DNA from: Octopus vulgaris
Taxonomy: Eukaryota
Direction: 5' to 3'
NCBI GenBank assembly: GCA_951406725.2
Contig: OX597814.1
Location: 137,144,001-137,208,000 of the forward strand
DNA length: 64,000 bases
Both the position numbers and the translations under genes were made by a program. This document shows, piece after piece, positions 42,857 to 52,539 of this stretch (its first letter is position 1; each line of letters begins with the position of its first letter). The notes below the pieces were generated by a model. The model worked only from the letters and a program-made list of their open reading frames with translations, searched no databases and had not been told where the DNA came from.

Positions 42857-43310
42857 GGTGAAGCTTCACAAGTTGTTAGTTTCCCGTTGCCGATTTCGGA
42901 AGATAAATAAAAAAGGGAACATCTGACCTTATATACATAAATATATGTGTGTGTGTGTGTACGTACAATAATCATATATGCATTATAAGCAACACAAAAG
43001 TTTCAGTATTAAAACTTAAAACATTAAAAATACTTTTATCGCTTAGTACATTCTTTAAAACAAATGCCTTGACAGTTCGATTAATTAATTCGCCAAACTT
43101 TTATTTAAGTTAACAAAAAAAAAAAAAAAAAATTCTTATTATTGCAATATAAATTACTTGGTCCTTTGCAGTAGAACAATAAGTTAGGGATACTGTTCAA
43201 GTTATTAATGCATCTTGGCTTAAAAGAAGAGACACAGGAATAACAATCTTTCCTTTTCAACATTTTTTTTTTTAAATAGTTTGTTTTTTGTGACATTAAT
43301 GTTTTTAGTC

Positions 43311-43414
<104 letters not shown>

Positions 43415-43525
43415 GTTACAATGTTTATATACACTGACGGGCAATGGGCGGTTGCTTCTAAGGAGCGAAAACAAGGAATTTAACATTCCTGTTTAAGAAA
43501 AAAAAAAAAAAAAGATAGAGAGAGA

Positions 43526-44710
43526 TCAATGCAAAACGATAGTGCCTCGTCTGACATAATCTAGTGACATACTGTTACTATTAGGCTCAGGTTCTGGTTC
43601 ATTAACGGAAACGTCAACTTTAGTCCACTGTTTAGTCTTGTTCGATTTACGTATGGCATCTACAACTGCCTGTACATAAAGCGCATCTTCAAAGTTTGAA
43701 GCAGACGCTACGGGTTCAGGATGCCAATTTTGCCTCTCCTCTTCTTTCTCGAAGGCATCCTTGACAGCTTCAATCATATGAATTAGTCCTTTGAGATAAG
43801 GACTTGGTATTTCAGTTCGTGCTTTTGGAGAAATGCCATATCTCTCCTCTTCTTTTATAGGATCAAAATGAATTAGAGATTCTCGTGTGGCATTTAATCT
43901 TTGTTCGTATAAGTCCGAACCACGAGCTATCAACCGTCCTTTCCGGCCACAGACAAGAATCTCTTGTACAAATTGTCCAGTTATATGAGAATTTAGAGTA
44001 ACATTTACACAGGCACCTTTATCAAGCTCCATCTGGAAAGTGCAAAAGTCATCACTTGTAATTTCTCTAATTCCTTTGATGTTTTGTGTTTGTTTTGTGT
44101 AAGTTTTGAGCATGCCGTGAACACGAACGGCCCGTTCCGAAGTCAAAAAAGTTATAACATCAATTATGTTACTTCCAAAGGTATTCAGAACTCCTCCACC
44201 CATTCCTTCGTCGCACATCCAATCGTATTTTTCTTTCGGTAATCCTCCATAGTGAACCTTCACTTCACAAATGGTAATATTTCCAAGGCAACCCTCTTCG
44301 ATAATTTTTTTCATTTTAACTATAGTTGGCAAGAAACGAAGACCATAACACATAAGTGACATAAGTCTGGGATAATAACGAGCTGCTTTTACCATGAGTA
44401 AGGCATTCAGCTGCATAGGTCCGGACGGAGAACTGCAGAGCACATGTTTACCAATGCCAAGTGCTTTAACAGCAATGTAAGACTGGCTATGAGGTGGGCA
44501 ACCAATAACTACAAGATCGACATCTTTTCGTAATAGTACATCATCGACTTTGTGGGTGCTAAATGGAATGTCCAGCTCAGCAGCTAATGTTCGAGCATCC
44601 AAGTTTTCACTGCCCCATAATGCAACGACGGGAAAACCGCAAACTTTGAGAATGGGTACAAATGATTGAATAGTAGCGGTGGTCCCGAAAACACCAACCC
44701 CGGGTAACAT
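43526..44710 (-). CDS. GFOD1: Glucose-fructose oxidoreductase domain-containing protein 1-like (Gfo/Idh/MocA family), 394 aa, uninterrupted CDS
   Basis: Starts MLPGVGVFGT (ATG at 44710; the ORF-track start at 44779 is an upstream non-ATG extension). Contains HKVDDVLLRKDVDLV, VKALGIGKHVLC, YDWMCDEGMGGGVL, ITSDDFCTFQM and FEDALYVQAVVDAI, typical of metazoan GFOD1/2. Confidence 0.93.
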   Translation of the reverse strand: MLPGVGVFGTTATIQSFVPILKVCGFPVVALWGSENLDARTLAAELDIPFSTHKVDDVLLRKDVDLVVIGCPPHSQSYIAVKALGIGKHVLCSSPSGPMQLNALLMVKAARYYPRLMSLMCYGLRFLPTIVKMKKIIEEGCLGNITICEVKVHYGGLPKEKYDWMCDEGMGGGVLNTFGSNIIDVITFLTSERAVRVHGMLKTYTKQTQNIKGIREITSDDFCTFQMELDKGACVNVTLNSHITGQFVQEILVCGRKGRLIARGSDLYEQRLNATRESLIHFDPIKEEERYGISPKARTEIPSPYLKGLIHMIEAVKDAFEKEEERQNWHPEPVASASNFEDALYVQAVVDAIRKSNKTKQWTKVDVSVNEPEPEPNSNSMSLDYVRRGTIVLH

Positions 44711-45774
44711 GGTGTTTAAGTGTTCTCCAAGAACAAAGTTGATAATTTTCTTCCAAAGAGTTAAGATAAACAATGTCAATGCGCCATGTTGTACCTCAAT
44801 TTCATATAAAACGGTGTCAAACGAAATGTGTATCTACTCAAATTTTTACTGGGATGCTTTCACTCTATTTGACAATTCATGTTCCTCGTTTAGTAATTTA
44901 AAGTTAGTTATCAGTTTTTCATTTTAAAAAATTGATTTAAATAAATATCTCCTGTTACTATAACATTAACTACACTTTGTTTTGTCTAAATATTCCATTC
45001 ACGATGCAAAATACGCAGATTTTCTCCAGTTTTTTCAAATTACTGAATATTATTTTTCAATGTTGAAGATAAGCTATTTATATAAAATGTGTTAGTGTAA
45101 CCTATCAAGATGTTTTTATAATTTTTTTTTTATTGGACAGATTGCACACTACTTTACTGTTACTATATCCAGATGTTATTCTATCGTATATTTAAAGCGA
45201 ATGAAATATCTAGGCAATTTCTATTTCTGACACAAGCAATATAAAAATAACAGTTTATATCTGTGTGTGTGTGTGTGTGTAAAACTGAAAGTACTATTTA
45301 TTTTCAACACATATCCAATATTTTGAATGGGTACAATGTGGGTTTGGGCGTGCGATGATAAAACTTGAGCTCTCTCACTATACAAAAATGTTCCTTGTCA
45401 AGTCCTAAATACTTTGCATTTTTTAATTTACAAATACAGTTTATCTTTACAAATTTTGGCTACTGTGACATCATAGCACTAATTCGAAATAACGTTGGCT
45501 TGACAACATTAACCACTATTTCAAAGTCTTAAGCAGTAGTATAAGAAAAAACTTTTTAAAGAAAGTTTCCTAAACAGAATTTTTGCTTGAGATTCATAGT
45601 TCAAACAATCTTGATACTTTGGAGAAAGCAGTGCGCACACACTTCTATACAGTCGGTTGGATACATATTCATATTACGTTCGAAATTCAATGGTTCTGAA
45701 GCATAAATCTATTTATTCTCAAGATGTGTTGAAGTTTTATTCAAAATAAATAGTAAGTATTTCTCCATCTAGAA

Positions 45775-46074
45775 CAGTGGTTCCCAAACTTTTTCGGGCT
45801 ACCGTCCCTCTTGACACCCATCCCACATTCCTAGCGTCCCCATCCCCAACTAACCATCACAAACGTAGACCTCTTTCTGAAGCAAATTCAAAGCAACTGT
45901 GTTTCACAAATAAAACTTAATCTAATGAACCCATTATTTTGTTGCTTTTACATGAATCGCTACGCCATTACAGCCCCACCTTTTACATGAATCACTGCCC
46001 CCATTCCCCCTTGGAACTTTGCACACCTCCCTCGGGGGGAGGGGAGGCAATAATGCCCACTTTAGGAACCACTT
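45775..46074. mobile_element. hAT (Charlie-like) MITE
   Basis: cagtggttcccaaa...tttaggaaccactt TIRs and an 8-bp TSD atctagaa/atgtagaa, matching the NTCTAGAN target. Confidence 0.8.
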
Positions 46075-46953
46075 ATGTAGAACTTCATCTCTAAGCATAT
46101 AAACTTTGTCATTCTCTTAGTTATTTATAAGTTTTCATCTGAGCACTGTGTTATCAATTTACTGATATTTGCAAATTCTCTATACTGTCAAATTATTTGT
46201 AATGTTAACTATGTTGATTATAAGGAAGAAAAGAATTCTCAAATGAACACACAAGTGAGAAAATGTTTCAGTAAGAAATTGAAGTATATATAAAATTATT
46301 AATCAATGGTTGTCCAATAAATTTAAACCTTAGAATATTTACCACATTTAAAAAAAACATCTTCATTTTTAGCTTTTCTGCAAAGACAACATTTATGTAT
46401 GACAATTAAAAACAATGTAATCGATTCCTGATTTTCCCACTTGAGCTTGGGAAGGAATCGCTATATACAAAAGGCCATGTTACATGCCCCATTTCTATTT
46501 CTTGGTCGCCATCGCACTTTTGGTATATCGGCTGAAAATGAGGTACTATACTGAACGAGAGAGAGAATTAAAACATAGGTTGAAGGAGGAAGCACTTGCT
46601 GGTTTCAAAACACCGAACCTAGAAACTATCCTACTTGCAGTAGTTTTATATTTAGGATCTATTTTGAATTTCTTCCTCATAATATACGTCTTGCTCTCTA
46701 CATTTTTCTTTCATTGCAAACTTCATTGCTGGTCTTTCTATGTTCTGTCACTCACCTGTATCAATATCAATAGGATAATAACCATTTCTGTTGAAGAATT
46801 TCAGGATTTATGCTATAAACTTATCGATTTTGCAACGAATAATTTATTGTAATTTAATTCTCAGTATAGGCCACTGCCTTCTAGCCTACTTTTATTCATT
46901 ACACACAAAGGGATGAACTTCATCATTAATTTAAAGATCACTAATATGATGGA

Positions 46954-46984
<31 letters not shown>

Positions 46985-47099
46985 CATACATAAAACAAAA
47001 CAAAACAGGAAAGTGAAAGTATTTTGGCATCATTTATTCTCCATTACACGTGTTTCATTTACTAATAGGAATTACAAAGATTTACATGTTAGATAGACA

Positions 47100-49068
47100 T
47101 GTAAGGGATTTCCTATGAGAAATTTGTCAGACAGAGGAAATTTATATTATAAATTTCTAATAGGAAATTCCTTACTTGTCTATTGTGATGTAAAGGTGGA
47201 AAAAGATGGAAGCAAAGGGAGAATTGCAGTAGTCTTACCTGTTGAACTGGAAGGGTTATTCACAATGTCCACTTGCTCTGTCTTGGTCTGGAAAGGTCAC
47301 TCACAACATCCATGTGCGCTGTCTGCCGCCATACCATCTAACACATCTGCTCTCATACACTGTCCACCGCCAACCGACTGCTTGTGCCTCGCTGACCCCA
47401 CATGCCTACCGCAGCCCTTCTATTTGAACCCACAGGCCTCACTTCCAGTCCTTCCCTACCACACAGCCTGGCTCATAACACCACATGCACCACTGATCTG
47501 AAGATCATTCATCCAACTTGCCCATACCCTCTCCTCAACCTTGACTACACACCTTAACTTGTCTTGTAATCAGCCAACCAGTGAGGGGGACACCGCTCCC
47601 TCTGCAACCACCATGGGACTTCAGGACTGGCCTCAGTTCCTGGCATGTTGTTGCCAGCTTCGTCCTCTTGTATTTTACTGTTGACTCCATCCTCCATCGC
47701 AGTGATGAGCCTACACACATCCAAAACATGACATAGCATGCCATCTTCGGACACATTGTTCCTCGAATTTACAAAGGTTATTGTCCCCTTTCCCCATTGT
47801 AATGTGTACCATGCATTTGGGGGTTTAACCCAGACTTCTTCTATGACCTGCACAAAGGTATGCTCTTTCTCTTTTGTGGGTTACAGCAATGTGGTACATG
47901 GATGTCTCCACTCGTACTTAATTATTGCCCTGTGTGACACTGACTTCTCAGCCTGTCCTGACCTGAGTAACATATTATGCCAAAAACGACCTCGACCAGT
48001 GAGATGTGGCCCCTCCCTGCTGTGATATTGATGGTGCGATGATGCCTCTCCACAACCCCATTGCCACTTGGTCAGTATACTGCCCTGAAGAAATGGCTAA
48101 CATGCCACTCATTGAGCATTTCCCCCAGCACCTCCAAGCGAAATACAGTACCTTTGTCCACAAGCAGCTCTTCCACGGGGCCTCATTCTAGGAATATTTC
48201 ATTTAGTATTCTTGTGATTTCCTCCACAGTTCCCATCTTTATCTCTCCCTCCCCCCATGGCCAACCGACTTGGTCTACAGTCGACCATCGAGAGGTATAT
48301 CCCCCTGCTGGTAGTGTGTCATGTCCACTGCCAGTCATTTCCAGTTGTGTTCCACTGGAATGCTTCCTGCCTCATGCACACTCAGAGCAGGATCAATTGA
48401 CTGGAACCTGTCGCATCTCCCAACTACTCTCTGCACACTGCCTGGTCGTGTCAGAGTCAACTTTCCTGGTTAGGAACAGGGTGCCACCCTTATGTGAGGT
48501 ATGGTATGCAGTCTCCTCAGCTCTGAGGCTTTCAGTGAACACACTGCAGCCACTCCTTGCTCCAGATACTCCGGCACCTGCAACCATACTTTCTTTACTC
48601 TGGTCAGGATGACCACTCTATTCTTCTCAGAGGGCACAAAACCCACACTCAGCCTCAGGTCAAACTTGGCAGCTAGCTCGCCCAGAATTCCCAAATGGTG
48701 TCTTATCAATATCTCTGCACCCCACTTTGGTTCGCACCCTCAGCTTGCCGGTAACCACTGATCCCACCTCAGGTTCAGCCCCTTCAACATGGCATCCAGC
48801 TCCACTACATTGATGTGATTGCAGTCGTCCTTCTTCTTGAACCAGCTGCATCCTCCACCACGACACCTATAATTTCCAGGATGACTCCCGTTGCTATGCT
48901 GCTGGCATCACACCACATGATCTTATTCTTCAATTTGGGCACATACCAGTTTCCTCTTACTGGGTTCTCCGTCATCACTCTCTCCAAGACTTCTTGCATC
49001 ATGGCAGTTATCTTCTCACCCATGTTATCACTCCACCTCACTCCTTCAGCTTGGCTCATAACACCACA
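47100..49068 (-). mobile_element. Internally deleted Gypsy-type LTR retrotransposon: RNase H and integrase remnants, 3' LTR at about 47100-47485 and ~25 bp of the 5' LTR
   Basis: Minus-strand WCDASSIATGVILEI and HINVVELDA (RNase H); GPVEELLVDKG and PSGNGVVERHHRTI (integrase). tggctcataacaccaca is repeated at about 47469-47485 and 49052-49068; TG...CA ends. Confidence 0.82.
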
Positions 49069-49808
49069 TCTATCTAACATGTAAATCTTCATAATTCCTA
49101 TCAGCAAATGAAACCCGTACATGCAATGGAGAATAAATAATGCCAAAAAACTTCCATTTTCCTGTTTGTTATACAATAACTCTGCAAATAATATTCCCAT
49201 AATTCTCAATTTTAATATGTATTTTGACTAACATACAGCAGCAACGGTGGCTACATATTGATTGTAATAATGAAATAAGATGTGCTCCAAGAGGAAGCAA
49301 CTAATTACCTATATAAAGTGTCTGCAAAAGTAACAATTTTGTAAAAATATTTAGGGTTTTTAAAGAAAGAAGGCTGTCATTGGCTTGCAAAAAGAAAGCT
49401 AAGTAAAGAGAACAAGAAAGAAAAGCTCAATAATTATAGTATGATGATTGCAAGGAAAATGTTACGTAAAATATTTTTCTATTCAAATTTATATTTCCAT
49501 AATATATACCTTTCACAAAAACTTTCCATCGTTTCTGACAAATACAATGTTAGTATAACAATATATATTACAAAAAATAAAATAACCTCAAGGTAACAGC
49601 CTTAATGATAGCAACAGCAGCAACATTGTTTTCTGTGTTTGTTATTAATATAAAAGAGTTTGAATTCCACATGTTAGCCTATCCAGAGGTTTCATGGCTT
49701 TCATCTAACCACACTGGGTATAGGAGTGGAGTGTAGAACTTTTTACTGAGCCCAAACCTTTGATTATATGTCATGCCTTCCAGCACACTTCTGTGCTACA
49801 TATATATA

Positions 49809-50259
49809 TCTTTATATATAAAAGTGAGGTTGTGTGTCTGTCTCCTACGATTTAGATTCCTAACTATCTTTATATATAAAAGTGAGGTTGTGTATCTGTC
49901 TCCTACGATTTAGATTCCTAACTACTCCCACATTTTGCGGTGCAGTTTAACCAAAAGCGGGTATCTTATAGTCGTGATTCATATCGAGCCCTTCTGTGTA
50001 TTAACGCGCGTCTACGATGAGTCTACGAATTAAAAAAAAATTTACCATCAATTTTTCCCATTTTTTAATGCATTTTTGGCATATATAAGGGAAGTAACTC
50101 TCTAAAAATTTATTATTAAATCTCAGAATGTAAAAAGCTACAGTAACACCCCCCTTTGTGGTTAGCCATATTGAGATGGCTATTATACATTACATCTCTA
50201 AAAATGCTTATATAGTTATTTCCCTTACAAACCCGAGCAACGGCGGGCGATACTGCTAG
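49809..50259 (+). mobile_element. Young non-autonomous Helitron with a tandemly duplicated 58-bp 5' end
   Basis: a|TCtttatatataaaag start, repeated at 49867. 3' end cccgagcaacggcgggcgatactgCTAG|t. CpG-rich and inserted in a TA run. Confidence 0.85.
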
Positions 50260-50319
50260 TATATATATGAAAAAAAGTCAAGATAGAAAATGCTAAAATC
50301 ATTTTATAAAAAAACATTT

Positions 50320-50355
50320 CAGTACCGATTTCAGTCATTGAGACTTTTTCAACTG
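50320..50355 (-). ncRNA. Minimal type-I hammerhead ribozyme-like motif with a U3-A8 variant core
   Basis: CAG-UUGAAAA-AGUC-UCAAU-GACU-GAAA-UCGG-UA-CUG: stems I and II pair, with GAAA and a GUA cleavage triplet. Confidence 0.6.
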
Positions 50356-50678
50356 TAAGTATGGAAAACAATTAAATTTAGAAAAATTAAAAGAAAAGTT
50401 TTTTTAAAAGAATATTTGTATAGTGTTCAAATACAAGTGGCATTTTCTTTGTTTCTGCCTGTCTCTGTCTCTCTTGTTTACTTTTGTGGGTTCGAAGTCG
50501 TTGTGAATTCTTCGTAGGGAAGAAGAGAAGGAGGAGGAAGAAGAAGAATGTGGGAATGCCATGACAGTAGTATGTTGAGTGGTCAGCTGCGCTGCCCCGA
50601 AAATGACCCACTGTGGATGGTAGTAGTCACTGTTCAATTCATGAAAATATCTCTTTTGAATGTTTTGTTTATAAAAGC

Positions 50679-50731
<53 letters not shown>

Positions 50732-50825
50732 TGTGTGTATTTTTCCCTTGTTAACGGTGTGATATCTTTGAAACATGTGTTGGAAGTAAAAGAATTTGAA
50801 TTACACCTGCTTTAAACTCCATTTA

Positions 50826-50870
<45 letters not shown>

Positions 50871-51059
50871 GTATATGCATAAATATATATGTACATACAT
50901 ACATATATATACACATATATACATTTAGATACACACACATATACAAAATGTGGAAGATGTATAAATATAGATATACATGTATGTGTGCCTGTTCATACAG
51001 ATCCTACTGCAAACCAAATTGAAGGCTGTCATACATTAACACAGCCTCTTACCACCCAC

Positions 51060-52185
51060 CTATCATGTTCATGATCCTAGTAAAGAATGTCAGCAAGAGG
51101 ATTTCAAACTTGTCTTCCAGTCAAGAAATTTTCGACACCACAGCCCTCTATTACAATGAGGCTTTGGTGTCCAGTGGGTTTAAGGATTGCATCTCCTATA
51201 AGTTGAGCCCTAGAACCCACGAAAGGAAGTGCCACTGTGAAGTCATTTGGTTTGCACCACCATTCTTGCTTAATGTCAAGACTTGCATGGGAAGTATATT
51301 CCTTAGCTTAATGGACAAACACTTCACAATCACACACATTCAGGTGTTTGTTTAATAGACACAACTTCAGTGTCTCTTTCTGTTGTGCACCCAGCTTTAG
51401 AAAAATATTAGTGAGCACCCCTAAACCATGAGCAGAGGTATTCATTGTAGGGTTTACAATAAATGCTCAGTGGAGGGTGTGAGTTGATGTCACTCCAAGG
51501 GTGTGGTATATGAGGCTGAGGTGGTGACCAGCACTAGCAACACAACAGCACCAACAACACATCTACTGATAACAACAGCAACAGTAATTGCAGCAGCAGC
51601 AGCACGTCAAGCAGCAATACCAACAACAGCACCAGCAATATACTCAGCAGTGGCAGCTATAGCAGTAGCAGTTGCAACACAAAGATCATGCCCAACAATA
51701 GCAACAGTGCAAGCACCAGCAGCAACAACAGCGTCAACACCAGCATCGGACCCAGCTGTGACAGCAACATCGTTAGTGTTAATGACAGCAACCACAGCAG
51801 CTGTAACACCATCAGGACAATCGCACAGACAAGGAAATATGTTGGTGTCATTGTGTCTGAATAACCACAGGTCCTCTTTTAGGATACCAGAGAGGTGCAA
51901 CATCATGTCCCTTGCCAACTACGTATGGCATTTAAAAGAGGAGAGTACACAATACCTTGTTAAATGGAGGCTCCTAGAACAACCAGGGCCATATCTCAAT
52001 GGGAGAAAATAATGTAAGCCAAAAGAGCAAGGATCCTGGAAAACTCACTTGATCCAGTGCCCTTTTTAAACTCCAAAAATGAAGTGCTTGGTCAATACCC
52101 TCATCAGAGGAAATTCCTGTTGCAAACAAGGAATTCTCCATTTGCAGCCTAGGAAATTACTACTAATTTCGAAATTAGTCGGTGT
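51060..52185 (+). mobile_element. 3' part of a decayed Penelope-like (Neptune-type) element with a GIY-YIG remnant
   Basis: ISNLSSSQEIFD..YYNEALVSSGF, VIWFAPPFLLNVKT, FNRHN, VYEAEV, NHRSSFR, LANYVWHLKE, VKWRLLE and LNSKNE, followed by a hammerhead-like relic at 52147-52184. Confidence 0.82.
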
Positions 52186-52487
52186 TGAATTGCTGGAACC
52201 GATGTAAGGGGGATAACTCCACCTCATCCAAAACTGTACCTATAGGGTTTTGTTCTAGGAATTATTTGTTTACTCAAATTATTTATTATAAGGCACAAAA
52301 AGAAAATGACTCTCCCCAGACACAACAGAATTTGTTTACAAAATTAACTGATTATTTTCTTCCTTCCAGTTGTAGAGAGGTTATGTGCCTCCAGCCATTT
52401 GAGCCTGACAAGTCACTTATACAGCTAAGTGCTTTATAGGTGCAAAATTAATGGTCACTCTCTAACCAATCATAACAAACAACCTTT

Positions 52488-52536
<49 letters not shown>

Positions 52537-52539
52537 ATA

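Noticed and set aside
41468-42975. Overlapping ORFs of up to 489 aa rich in Y/I/M/C/V/H
   Set aside because: They are translations of a TA/TACA microsatellite that lacks stops in several frames.
44711-44779. 23-aa N-terminal extension of GFOD1
   Set aside because: It starts at a non-ATG codon. Family members begin at about MLPGVGVFGT.
46484-46852. 122-aa hydrophobic ORF divergent from GFOD1
   Set aside because: No recognisable motif; the hydrophobicity follows from T-richness. It cannot be fully excluded without RNA data.
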